NCBI GenBank assembly: GCA_016933575.1
Contig: JAFGAR010000081.1
Coordinates: forward strand, 128,001 to 192,000
DNA length: 64,000 bases
Origin: Candidatus Thorarchaeota archaeon
GTDB taxonomy: Archaea > Asgardarchaeota > Thorarchaeia > Thorarchaeales > Thorarchaeaceae
Reading direction: 5' to 3'
Part shown: piece after piece, positions 48,323 through 57,666 of the stretch
How positions within the stretch are numbered: the first letter of the stretch is position 1
Layout of the letters: the number at the start of each line of letters is the position of its first letter
The notes under the pieces: model-generated
Databases searched by the model: none
Seen by the model: the letters and a program-made list of their open reading frames with translations, nothing else
Told to the model about the DNA's origin: nothing
Made by a program: the position numbers and the translations under genes

Positions 48323-48591
48323 ACTTCTCTCTTCCGGCATTCATAACATATTGTTGATTCATCTATCTTAGTTCCGTGGTCCTCACAGACAAGTTTTCCA
48401 CAGACATTGCAGGCTCTAGCAGCCAGATATTCACTACAGATGTAGCATCTTGCTTCAATGCAGTTCAAACAGACATTCTCTTCTTGATTAAAACAATCAC
48501 TACAGACTTCTGCTCCACATAGTCTGCATCTCTTGAAATTTTGTCCCTCTTGGTCGCAAATTTCACATACTTTTTGAGATATCAACTGCAT
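48319..48591 (-). CDS. small multi-zinc-finger protein
   Basis: Eight CxxC/CxxH pairs in about 90 aa; stop overlaps the tiaS ATG. Confidence 0.75.
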   Translation of the reverse strand: MQLISQKVCEICDQEGQNFKRCRLCGAEVCSDCFNQEENVCLNCIEARCYICSEYLAARACNVCGKLVCEDHGTKIDESTICYECRKREV

Positions 48592-48673
48592 TCTCACAAA
48601 TTCCTCTTGGCTTTGGCTTATGAAAACACAGAAATCCTTTCCCTTTTTGAGTGATGTGAATGGTGAAACTATC

Positions 48674-49201
48674 TTGTTGAAACAACCTCGTGTTCTCATC
48701 TTTCATGCTGACCAATGTGACCCAAAGAAATGCACTGGCTTGCGCCTGAATAGGATGAGAAAGGGGATCATTCTCAAGACGATGAAACAGATTCCTGCCG
48801 GAGGTGTAGTGCTCAATCCAGTCTCAGAGACCGCTCTTTCAAGAACTGATAGGGATGCTATGATTCATTCTGGTCTGATTGCCCTTGACTGTTCTTGGAA
48901 ACTAGCTGAGGACATCTTTGCAAATTCAAAATTAGGTATCCAACGCGCTCTGCCCTTCCTTATCGCTGCAAATCCAGTCAATACTTACAAACCAATCAAA
49001 TTGTCGACAGCTGAAGCTATAGCAGCTGCATTGTATATTGTGGGATTCAAAGAATTTGCAGAGGAAATAATGTCCGTCTTCAAATGGGGTCCAGCATTTC
49101 TCACACTGAATCAAGAGCTCCTTGAAGAGTATTCAAAATGTACCACAAGTAGTGAAGTTGTGGAGATTCAGAAGGAATATCTTGCTCTGCAGAATCGATG
49201 A
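48674..49201 (+). CDS. tsr3: 16S/18S rRNA aminocarboxypropyltransferase (DUF367)
   Basis: QCDPKKCTG, LDCSW, RALPFLIAANPVN, KLSTAEA, FKWG..FL.LN; start uncertain (48620-48677). Confidence 0.93.
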   Translation: MLKQPRVLIFHADQCDPKKCTGLRLNRMRKGIILKTMKQIPAGGVVLNPVSETALSRTDRDAMIHSGLIALDCSWKLAEDIFANSKLGIQRALPFLIAANPVNTYKPIKLSTAEAIAAALYIVGFKEFAEEIMSVFKWGPAFLTLNQELLEEYSKCTTSSEVVEIQKEYLALQNR

Positions 49202-49209
49202 TTGATATA

Positions 49210-49568
49210 ATGTAGCTCTGGTCCAGTGAGTAACCCCAATTCTGTTCCACCCATGACTGTCGCCAGTCTTGGATCTTGCAACATCGAACTATGCTTCCTA
49301 CCCTACACCTCAGGCCGACACTTCAACAGTGTATTCTTGGAATTGCTCAACCGGTGGTGGGTCGTTTAAACCTGTCCAACTGAGTTCTCAACAGATTTAG
49401 GTTCTGTATCATTGTCGTTTCTCATTTGGGGGTGTCGTTTCTGTTCCCAGAGCGAGACTCTCGCCTCCTTGCTTTCACAAGACCGGTGTCGACACGAGTC
49501 GGGAGTTTCCTCAGCTCTTGTCCTCACGGACAAGTACCGTCAGTTGCGCTTTTGCTCCAGAGCTACAT
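49210..49568 (-). ncRNA. rnpB: RNase P RNA
   Basis: 12-bp P1 (ATGTAGCTCTGG/CCAGAGCTACAT); CR-I GAGGAAACTCCCGA and CR-V AACAGAATTGGGGTTA forming P4; GAACAGAAAC and GAGCAA conserved regions; TTTTTAT box about 25 nt upstream. Confidence 0.92.
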
Positions 49569-49617
49569 CCCTCTCACAGGGATTTTGTTGATAAAAAGTT
49601 GGTTAATGCTTCAGACT

Positions 49618-50628
49618 CTACTCATTATCTGCATGTTTCTTCCACATCTGTGGATATCGTCCCCGCTCCATTAAGACACGTTCACTAGTGGCAACTATGC
49701 CGCTCTTTGCTTTAGCAATTCTCTCACTGATATCATTACTTTTAGCTAGTGCGACCGCCTCATCTTTCAATGTCCTGATGACAACCATAGTTCCCCTCTT
49801 TATTCCTGTACTGAGAGAAATGACTCCAGTTGCAGCAAGATTTGCACCATGGCAGATAGCGTCTACTGCGCTGTCACGTATCTTGATGAAGGGTAGGTGA
49901 CTAAGTGCAAATTCTACAGGCAGGAGATACTTTCGAATAAAGGTCTCATCACCATCTTCCTTCCAGAAAATGTATGCATCTTTGAGATCGTAGAGAGAGC
50001 AAAGGTGTTCACCCTCTCTGAAAGAGCCAACCCGGGTTCTTCTCAGTTCTCTCATATGCCCACCAACACCTAGGGCTTCACCAATATCAAAGCAGAGTTT
50101 TCTCACATATGTTCCTGCTTGACAACCAACGCGAAAGAGTACGACTCTGCCCTTTATCTCCAAGATATTGTTGTAGTATATCTCACGAACCCTCATCACT
50201 CTCTTTACAGAGGATCTCAGAGGTGGTTTCTGATACAACTTACCAGTGAATTCATTGAACACTCTTCGTATATCTTCCTCTGAAGCTGCGTGGTGAAGCT
50301 CAAGAACACAGACATACTCTTTGCCTGCATGGAGAAGTGCTTGCATTGCCTTTGTGGCATTTCCAATACCTACAGGCAGAATTCCTGTCACGCCAGGATC
50401 TAATGTTCCTCCATGACCAACTCGATCGACGTTGAGTATCTTCCGTACCCACGTTGCTACTTCATGACTCGTTGGTCCTGCAGGCTTATCTAGGACAATA
50501 ACACCGTTCTCAAGTAGAAACTCGATCGGTAGATTATCCAGAGATAAAAATCCATGTTCGGGATTGGTTGTGTCTGAAGCTCTGAGAATTTCCTCACGAG
50601 GTTGGTCTGCAGGCAAGAAGCCTCCCAT
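49618..50628 (-). CDS. cbf5: H/ACA RNA-guided pseudouridine synthase Cbf5
   Basis: LDKPAGPTSHEV, GHGGTLDPGVTG, YQKPPLRSSVKR, GTYVRKLC, PUA domain. Confidence 0.97.
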   Translation of the reverse strand: MGGFLPADQPREEILRASDTTNPEHGFLSLDNLPIEFLLENGVIVLDKPAGPTSHEVATWVRKILNVDRVGHGGTLDPGVTGILPVGIGNATKAMQALLHAGKEYVCVLELHHAASEEDIRRVFNEFTGKLYQKPPLRSSVKRVMRVREIYYNNILEIKGRVVLFRVGCQAGTYVRKLCFDIGEALGVGGHMRELRRTRVGSFREGEHLCSLYDLKDAYIFWKEDGDETFIRKYLLPVEFALSHLPFIKIRDSAVDAICHGANLAATGVISLSTGIKRGTMVVIRTLKDEAVALAKSNDISERIAKAKSGIVATSERVLMERGRYPQMWKKHADNE

Positions 50629-50665
50629 TATCAGACACTCCTATTATCTATAGATTCAGTCAGCA

Positions 50666-50941
50666 TTAAATTCGAATCTTCTCTCTGAACTTTTGTGTGA
50701 GACCTGCATCTGTTAGTGCTTTTTCAACAGCCTCATCATTAGCTCCAGAAGAGATTGGAAGAACTGTTTCTAAAGGTTCAAGGTGTCTAATATTGCAACT
50801 GCGTCTCCTGACACCACTGATATGCTTAGGTCCAGTAACCACTACATAGTTCTTATCCTTCACTTCCACAACAACACAGTAGCTACCGGTTTCGCGGCCT
50901 ACTATCTTCACACAAGTTCTTCCTATATCGTACAATTTCAT
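50666..50941 (-). CDS. rpl14e: 50S ribosomal protein eL14
   Basis: IGRTCVKIVGRETG, TGPKHISGVRRRSCNIRHLEP. Confidence 0.95.
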   Translation of the reverse strand: MKLYDIGRTCVKIVGRETGSYCVVVEVKDKNYVVVTGPKHISGVRRRSCNIRHLEPLETVLPISSGANDEAVEKALTDAGLTQKFREKIRI

Positions 50942-51070
50942 AGCAATGCACCTCGCCTTGTCCATAGTCTGCATCCGAGTCACCTCGGTGTATCATCCAT
51001 TTAGACTGGGAGAATATTGCTCCCTCAAAATATTTACAATAAGAGCTTTCCGCTAGAGCTTGATTCTTCT

Positions 51071-51616
51071 CTATTTTGCCTCTCTAGCAAAGAAGGTCTC
51101 AACTGCTGTAATAATGATCTTGTTGACATCCTCTAGGGTGTAGATGCCTGTATTGAGAATGAGATCGTATATTGAGAGGTCCGAGACATCGACTTTGTAA
51201 TATTCCTCGTATCTTGCTTTTTCACTACCCTCTCGTACAATTGTTTCACGCCGTGCATACTCAAAGTCTGAATTATCTCTTGCAGCGATTCGTTTTATTC
51301 TCACTTCTAATGGTGCAGTGAGAAGAATTTTCAGATCTGCGTGCTCTCTAGCCATCCAAGCCGCGAGTTGCCCGTCAATGACAGCGTTCCCCTTCTCAGC
51401 CTCAATTCGTTGTGTATCATCAATAAGTCGATCAATCTCCCCATCGCCTTCAGCTACTCTGCAGAATTCTTCAAGAGTCATTCCCCTCTCCTTAGCAAGT
51501 TTGCGGAATGCATCTCCTGCAGATACTCGTCTTAGATTGAAGTGTTTTGCAACAGCATTAGCAACTGAGCTCTTACCAGTTCCGTGAAGTCCGCCAATGG
51601 TAATGACTCGCTTCAT
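51071..51616 (-). CDS. cmk: cytidylate kinase
   Basis: ITIGGLHGTGKS, SAGDAFR, IDRLID, YDLILNT. Confidence 0.93.
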   Translation of the reverse strand: MKRVITIGGLHGTGKSSVANAVAKHFNLRRVSAGDAFRKLAKERGMTLEEFCRVAEGDGEIDRLIDDTQRIEAEKGNAVIDGQLAAWMAREHADLKILLTAPLEVRIKRIAARDNSDFEYARRETIVREGSEKARYEEYYKVDVSDLSIYDLILNTGIYTLEDVNKIIITAVETFFAREAK

Positions 51617-51620
51617 TATG

Positions 51621-51887
51621 CTACTCTCGTATCTTGTTTATTGTTGCGCGGCGTACAGCTTGTGATGAGTAGACGCCACCATAAGGACGATTAGGTCGTT
51701 TCGCAGAACGACTGGCCTTTCTACTAAGCCCGAACATGGATTTCTTAGGTAGTTGTAGTTCTGAACCAGTCAATGAACATATGCCACCGGTCTTGAAGAA
51801 CTTCTGACGATGAACTACTTTTCTTCCACCAGGAGTCTTCACTATACGATTTGCTCTTCCTCTTGTTAAATTACCAGGTCGTGGCAT
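51621..51887 (-). CDS. rpl34e: 50S ribosomal protein eL34
   Basis: MPRP, KTPGG, KRPNRPYGG; conserved position in operon. Confidence 0.93.
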   Translation of the reverse strand: MPRPGNLTRGRANRIVKTPGGRKVVHRQKFFKTGGICSLTGSELQLPKKSMFGLSRKASRSAKRPNRPYGGVYSSQAVRRATINKIRE

Positions 51888-51971
51888 CTTCAAACACCAT
51901 TCTATTCTATTTAATGGGACGCTCTTTTCTTCTCTTTTAAGGAAAGCGGTGAGTCGGTTTCTCTTTCTGAA

Positions 51972-52538
51972 TTATTGAGCGGTCATGACCTGAGTGCCCA
52001 TGATACGCTGAAGAATACTTGAGAGTCCTAGACCTACAAGGAAGTAGAATGCATAATATGTCAGTCCAAAACCGGCTGCTGTTCCGATTCCTGCCAGTCC
52101 CTCAAAGAAGGGTAGTACTTTCTGAATGTTGAAAGGTAGGACCGCGACTATCATATCTATACCCCCTTCAGTATAGAAACCTCTTAGAATCGTGAATATC
52201 AGCATGAATGGGATGAGGAATATCAGAGATGGTTTGCAACGGGCACCAAGTTGTTCTCTCTGTATTCGATCTATGTATGCCTTTCTTCTCTTCACTTTCT
52301 TGAGTAATTTCTCATTCTGCGTTCGTCGAGCCTCTTTCTCCATCTCTTGGTACTGCTTGATCTCTGTCTGATGGCGCTGCAATCGTCTCATATCTGTGAA
52401 TCGTCGCATAGCAAGGTTACTCAATGTCGATACGAACATAGAGATCATTAAGATGAATGGTCCTGACAATGGTGGGGTTCGAAATATCTGAAAGGTCGTT
52501 GCGAACCAGATTGCAAAGTCAGTGAAGAGATCCTGCAA
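51972..52538 (-). CDS. DUF106 / EMC3-TMCO1 (Oxa1 superfamily) membrane insertase
   Basis: TM, coiled coil, KP-TM, C-terminal TM; canonical position after adk. Confidence 0.88.
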   Translation of the reverse strand: MQDLFTDFAIWFATTFQIFRTPPLSGPFILMISMFVSTLSNLAMRRFTDMRRLQRHQTEIKQYQEMEKEARRTQNEKLLKKVKRRKAYIDRIQREQLGARCKPSLIFLIPFMLIFTILRGFYTEGGIDMIVAVLPFNIQKVLPFFEGLAGIGTAAGFGLTYYAFYFLVGLGLSSILQRIMGTQVMTAQ

Positions 52539-52545
52539 TAGTATT

Positions 52546-53136
52546 CTACTCCATTATTGTTTCAGCCAATTCTTTAGCAGCTTCCTCTACTTTACCTTCT
52601 CGGTTTTTAATGATTCGAACCGTTGAGCCTGTAATTGTTCCCACTGACACTGCAGCACCTCTACACATCTCTTGATGAATCTGTATATCCGTGACTGCCT
52701 GTGCATCGCGAGTTCGAGTTTCATCACTACTTCTTCTACTGGCAATCTTATCAGAATCTGCTTCTACAAGCACAACCGTCTTTGGTTGAATTGCTCTCAC
52801 TACCCACTCGGGGAGTCCAATCAAGTACCCATTGTTTGTTTGAATAAGTGTGTGCGTATCTACAATCACCTTTGCAGATTTGGCCTTCTCAGCAATAGCC
52901 TCTCCTGCAAGTTTCTGATTTGCTCTTTGCTGCGCGGTAGGCATCTTCCGCATCTCATCACGGTCCTTGACTTGGCCTGCTTTCACTGCGACTTCAAACA
53001 TCTCAGTTCCAAAATTCAATACTAGGACGTCTTCGCCATATTTCTCTTTGACGATGTCCACTGCGGTGTTGATCACAGTGGTCTTTCCAACACCTGGGAT
53101 ACCTGTTACAATCACAATGTTTCTAGACTCGCTCAT
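52546..53136 (-). CDS. adkA: adenylate kinase (archaeal)
   Basis: TGIPGVGKTT, NFG, DRDEMRK, VDTH, GLP. Confidence 0.95.
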   Translation of the reverse strand: MSESRNIVIVTGIPGVGKTTVINTAVDIVKEKYGEDVLVLNFGTEMFEVAVKAGQVKDRDEMRKMPTAQQRANQKLAGEAIAEKAKSAKVIVDTHTLIQTNNGYLIGLPEWVVRAIQPKTVVLVEADSDKIASRRSSDETRTRDAQAVTDIQIHQEMCRGAAVSVGTITGSTVRIIKNREGKVEEAAKELAETIME

Positions 53137-53211
53137 CGGGGCTGTTCACCTTTTCGATGATTTGGCCTCACGGTCAAATGAGGTGGTTATAATTCCTTCT
53201 GTGCATGAAAA

Positions 53212-54198
53212 TCAACCAAGTTCTGCGAATCGTTTTAGCATTCGACAGATTATGAGAGCAATCCAGAGGTTGTATTCTTTATCCCCACCACCCCTTAACA
53301 TATGTACGGTCCAACTTCCATCATTCTTCTGTTCTTTTGCAAACCACGCAATCCCCTCATCAATACCAGGATACTCGGGAGGAACTCGCAATTTCGAGAG
53401 AGAGTCCAAGGTTGAGAGAATATCTGTGAACCAGAATGGAAATGTTACGCTTGTCCAATACTCTGGAGCTCTTCTGTCAGTATAGCTATCCGTTTTGAAT
53501 ATTCGAGATGCTAGGAGCTCACCTGCGCGAAGAACGTTCTGGTTCATGATATATTCTGGATGAGCTGCAAATGCTCGAAGTACGACTCCAGTGGCTAAAT
53601 GTGATGATGCTCTCTCCCTTCGCGGTTGTACCGGTTCTCTCAATTGCTTTACCTCTCCCCATCTCAGGTGTTCGGTTCTCAGAGGTACTACCCACCCGCC
53701 ATCATCTTGGCGCAGGGAGAGTAACCATTCAAGACCCCGCTTCACGTGGGGGTCTTTAGTGTATCCTGCTTTAATCAGTATCTCCAGAAAAGCAGCAGTA
53801 TAGTTCGGGCTATATTGGTCGAGATAGATTCCTCTGAAATCCCCCTCCTCTGTCTGGTGACTGAAGAGGAACTCTGCGGCTCTTTGAACTGAAGGATGGT
53901 CCTTGTTCAAGAGGTACTTCTCAACAAGCAGACCCAGTTGTCTAAAGGTCTCCAACTGGCTGTATCCTGATATCTCGCGGGGATCTGTCTTCTTCTTTGG
54001 ATACTTCCATGATCCATCTTCTTGTTGTTTTTTTAAAATATTGAGAACTGGAGTCAATTTCCATAGTTCGGTCACTGGACCCATGGTCTCTCCCATTAGA
54101 TCTCGAGAAACCTGATATATTATGGCTCGATTGGAAACTGAATAGAATTGTTGTAGTGGATTGTATTTCAGAAATCGTTCCCAGTTCACATGTATCAA
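53212..54198 (-). CDS. prenyltransferase/squalene-cyclase-repeat (alpha/alpha) barrel protein
   Basis: QW-like repeats QQEDGSW, QTEEGDF, RQDDGGW, QKNDGSW; no DxDD. Confidence 0.75.
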   Translation of the reverse strand: MIHVNWERFLKYNPLQQFYSVSNRAIIYQVSRDLMGETMGPVTELWKLTPVLNILKKQQEDGSWKYPKKKTDPREISGYSQLETFRQLGLLVEKYLLNKDHPSVQRAAEFLFSHQTEEGDFRGIYLDQYSPNYTAAFLEILIKAGYTKDPHVKRGLEWLLSLRQDDGGWVVPLRTEHLRWGEVKQLREPVQPRRERASSHLATGVVLRAFAAHPEYIMNQNVLRAGELLASRIFKTDSYTDRRAPEYWTSVTFPFWFTDILSTLDSLSKLRVPPEYPGIDEGIAWFAKEQKNDGSWTVHMLRGGGDKEYNLWIALIICRMLKRFAELG

Positions 54199-54428
54199 CC
54201 TCCCTCAGTATATAGTGGCTAGATGGACTATGTCCTAATGAACTCTACACCTCATTGTTTAGATGAGAACAAAGAAGGGGCCTGGAGCGGTTACAGAGAC
54301 CCCCTTGAACCTATGAAATATGCAATAGCTTTACTAAAAGAGCATAAAAAGACTGGATCTGGTTCTCGATACATAATTTGGATACATTCAAATGATGTCA
54401 TACATTTAGAGAGATGTGGGAGAGGATA

Positions 54429-54992
54429 ATGGGTCTCGAAGTCTTACTTATTGGAACCGTCCTGTTTGTTGCATCAATAATGCTGTTTCTGGTACTACAT
54501 CATGATGTAAGTGCACATCTTGAGAATGAAAAACCATTCTATTTCATGATGCATCCAAAATTATTCCAGATGATTTTTTACATGATGTTCTGGGCATTTC
54601 CAATTAATCTCGGGATTGTTGTTCTATTGTATACAGAATCGATAAGTATACATGAGGCAGGAGGAATAATTACATTCATTTTTTTAATGTGGCCAACATT
54701 CACATATTTCTTCTATAGGAGTCTTAGAGGATTATCATTGAAACTTGGGTTGGTTACTGGACCAAGTATAGAGTCTGATCCTGTTCTTATTGCAAAACTC
54801 AAAATGACTGGATGGATTGGTTCTCTCTTCTCATTTGTTGCCCTATTATTCATCAAGTTATCGGAAACTGAAACAATATTGGAAGTACCATTATTATTCT
54901 TCTCTTTTTTTGGCGTTCCCCTTCTTCTGCCATCTAGGAAATCGCTAGCTATCATTCGTGGAAACCAATTGGAAAAAAATACTAAGAGCTGA
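54429..54992 (+). CDS. hypothetical multi-pass membrane protein
   Basis: About 5 hydrophobic helices; GAGG RBS. Confidence 0.7.
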   Translation: MGLEVLLIGTVLFVASIMLFLVLHHDVSAHLENEKPFYFMMHPKLFQMIFYMMFWAFPINLGIVVLLYTESISIHEAGGIITFIFLMWPTFTYFFYRSLRGLSLKLGLVTGPSIESDPVLIAKLKMTGWIGSLFSFVALLFIKLSETETILEVPLLFFSFFGVPLLLPSRKSLAIIRGNQLEKNTKS

Positions 54993-55004
54993 ACTGTGCA
55001 ATTT

Positions 55005-55049
55005 AAAGAGTAAGAAAGAGAGGTGGATGGAGGTTATCCCCATCCACTT
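55005..55049 (-). terminator. hairpin plus pyrimidine tract after secY
   Basis: GTGGATGG-A-GG-TTAT-CC-CCATCCAC stem followed on the minus strand by CTCTTTCTTACTCTTT. Confidence 0.65.
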
Positions 55050-55064
55050 TTCGATAGAATCGTA

Positions 55065-56582
55065 TCATAGAATGCCTAAGAGCCCAGCTACACCTTCTCC
55101 GCCCATCTCCGAGAGTTGCGCCTTTGCGATCTGCTCGTAGTACTGCTTTATAATCGACACCATCAGCAGTATACCAGTTCCACTAGCCAAGGCTCCCATG
55201 ATATCTGCGGTTGCAGCAAGGATACCAATGAGGAAACCGCCAAGTCCTGCGACCACTGGGATGTAGCGCTCAAGGAGTCGTTCCATTACCTTCTCGCTTG
55301 TTCTAAAGCCGGGTACCATGTATCCAGAGTTTAGAAGTTGTCTTGATACATCTCGAGGAGCGATTCCACTGATATCTACCCACACCTTTGAAAAGCCCCA
55401 ACAGAGCAGGATCATTACACCCGCATATACGAAGATATGAAGCCAGCCTTCAATACCCTCATTTAGTATATGAAAGAGTCCTTGTGGCGGCGTTATGTAC
55501 TTCGCTAAGCCCCAAGTTGCGATAAGACGACCACTACTCGGATCTTTTTCGAATATCCCAATCCATCCGAGAAACGGATTAGACCCGTCAGAATTGAATG
55601 AGCCCCAGATCATCTGTCCAAAGAAGAGAATGTTTGCAAAGAGTGCTTGGGCTAGAATGACTGGAATATTCGAGGTGTAGAGAAGCTTGATTGGATAACG
55701 TGCCTTCATTCCACGATATTTCGCGTATTGCAAGGGTATCTCGACACGTACAGACTCCAACCATATGACAGCACCAAATATGACGAATGTTATAGTCAGG
55801 GTGAAGAGACTTGGTGTACTATACGCAGGGTCTCGGATGACCAACCACATTGCATCCACAGCATTTGCATTACCTAGACCAAATGCTCTCATGATATTTG
55901 ATAGGATTGCTGCAATGATTCCATTGGGTAGACCAGTCGCATCAGTTCCATCGGGTCCAATGTAGCCAAAGGGCCCTGTCGATTCGACCTGGGTGAAGTC
56001 TAACATGTTCCAGAGAACCTGGCCTGCAACATTGGTCATGATGAACAATGACACACCAGAACCTAAGCCCCACCCCTTCTGTACGAGTTCGTCCATCAGG
56101 ATTACAACGACTCCTGATATGAAGAGCTGAGCGAATACAATGATCTGATTTGTTGGTGTCAATGCACCATATGCTTGTCCAATAATGTAAGCGATGGCCT
56201 GGAAAGCAGTCATGAACAGAGCTAAGACTTTCTGACCTCCGGTGAAGAGAGCTCTGTCTTCAGGGTCTCCAAAGTCCACATTGATGATCTTTGAGCCTGA
56301 TAGGAGTTGCATGACCAGACCTGCAGTGACGATTGGCCCAATTCCTAGCTCCATCAATGTGCCTCTTGTACTGGCGAGAATAACTCGCATTGCCCATAGA
56401 TAGTCTGTTCCTACATCTGGGTCAACACCATATAATGGCAGGTGTGACATGATGAGGAAGACAACGAGCACAATAAGAGTCCATACGATCTTCTCTCGAA
56501 ATGAGACCTCTCTGTCAGGTGCCTTTACTTCAGGCATTACCCTGACAAATGGTGATAGGATTTTGAGAAATGTGCTAGGCAT
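55065..56582 (-). CDS. secY: preprotein translocase SecY/Sec61alpha
   Basis: GTLMELGIGPIVTAG, KGWGLGSGVSLFI, YPIKLLYTSNIP, SGTGILL. Confidence 0.98.
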   Translation of the reverse strand: MPSTFLKILSPFVRVMPEVKAPDREVSFREKIVWTLIVLVVFLIMSHLPLYGVDPDVGTDYLWAMRVILASTRGTLMELGIGPIVTAGLVMQLLSGSKIINVDFGDPEDRALFTGGQKVLALFMTAFQAIAYIIGQAYGALTPTNQIIVFAQLFISGVVVILMDELVQKGWGLGSGVSLFIMTNVAGQVLWNMLDFTQVESTGPFGYIGPDGTDATGLPNGIIAAILSNIMRAFGLGNANAVDAMWLVIRDPAYSTPSLFTLTITFVIFGAVIWLESVRVEIPLQYAKYRGMKARYPIKLLYTSNIPVILAQALFANILFFGQMIWGSFNSDGSNPFLGWIGIFEKDPSSGRLIATWGLAKYITPPQGLFHILNEGIEGWLHIFVYAGVMILLCWGFSKVWVDISGIAPRDVSRQLLNSGYMVPGFRTSEKVMERLLERYIPVVAGLGGFLIGILAATADIMGALASGTGILLMVSIIKQYYEQIAKAQLSEMGGEGVAGLLGIL

Positions 56583-56663
56583 TCACATAGTGCCTCCTGC
56601 AGGTACTTTTCGGGTCCAGCTGACCTGTACCTTTAAAGCTATTGCTCAGTAGGGAATTGTACT

Positions 56664-57113
56664 CTACTCAGCTGGTAGGTCAATGGTTCCGCCTATACCG
56701 GTGACCTTCTCTCTTGCCCTGTTGGTAATGGCCTGAACACCAGTCAAGTCAAGCTTCTTGAGGACTTTGCCAGACCCCAGAATTCTGTCAATCCCCAGCT
56801 TGGATACATCAATCTTGTATCTCTTGCCTGTCATGGTAGCAAGACCATTTGCTACAAGTCTATCTGCAGCCTCATCAATTTCACCAACATTCAGAGCCAC
56901 TTTATTTTCGATGACCTTCTGAGGTCGTTTGAAACCCCACTTACCGAAATAATGGGGATTCTCAGTCATGACCTTGATGTAATGATGTTTCTTTGTACCG
57001 GCCATTCCTTTTCCACCGCGTTGGCCTGCTGCTCTATGTCCCTTTGTAAATCCATATCCGGCTGATCTTTGGCCTCTTAGTTTGTTGATCTTTTTCGGGG
57101 TTCTCTTCTGCAT
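56664..57113 (-). CDS. rpl15: 50S ribosomal protein uL15
   Basis: KLRG..GYG..GHR..GQRGGKGMAG..KHH, YFGKWGF, ILGSG. Confidence 0.95.
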   Translation of the reverse strand: MQKRTPKKINKLRGQRSAGYGFTKGHRAAGQRGGKGMAGTKKHHYIKVMTENPHYFGKWGFKRPQKVIENKVALNVGEIDEAADRLVANGLATMTGKRYKIDVSKLGIDRILGSGKVLKKLDLTGVQAITNRAREKVTGIGGTIDLPAE

Positions 57114-57129
57114 GGCTGATTTCTCCTTT

Positions 57130-57657
57130 CTATTCTTTTTTCAATCGTACTTCCAGCACGCCGTTGCGAATTGCTGATTTTGCTTCGTCTTTCTTTACTT
57201 TAGAGGGTAGTTCGATTTCCTTGTGGTAGGGTCTGTCTGGATTATCTGCATGAATTGTTAGTGTCGTTCCTTTGATTCGAACTTTGATCTCATCTCTCTC
57301 AACTCCGGGAACCTCTGCAACGACAACTATCTCACCATCTTCTTCAACAATATCAACCAATGGTTCTAGAAGATGTTCATCACTCTCTCCACTAGGTTTA
57401 TTCCCAAATCTCTTCATTATTGGTTTTCCATCTGGTCCAATGTTCACCGAGAAACCAAATAGGAATGGATTGGTACCTTCTTGATTTCTGAGCATCTCTT
57501 CAAAGACCTCTGGATCAACAAATGACCCATTGCTCATCTCAGACATCATACGCTCCATCATCTCTTCGATTTGTTTGAGCATATCTTCTGGGATGAAATC
57601 GCCGAACCATCGGCGGAGTCTCCTTTTGGCTTCATCGTCATCATAGTCCCAGGACAT
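57130..57657 (-). CDS. hsp20: small heat shock protein Hsp20
   Basis: FGFSVNIGPDGKP..FGN, EPLVD, AEVPGV, LP..V, NGVLEVRL. Confidence 0.93.
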   Translation of the reverse strand: MSWDYDDDEAKRRLRRWFGDFIPEDMLKQIEEMMERMMSEMSNGSFVDPEVFEEMLRNQEGTNPFLFGFSVNIGPDGKPIMKRFGNKPSGESDEHLLEPLVDIVEEDGEIVVVAEVPGVERDEIKVRIKGTTLTIHADNPDRPYHKEIELPSKVKKDEAKSAIRNGVLEVRLKKE

Positions 57658-57666
57658 AGTATCACC

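Noticed and set aside
49426-49674. 82-aa plus-strand ORF
   Set aside because: Antisense to RNase P RNA and cbf5
53212-54198. Squalene-hopene or oxidosqualene cyclase (sterol/hopanoid synthesis)
   Set aside because: Single barrel of 328 aa with no DxDD/DCTAE catalytic motif
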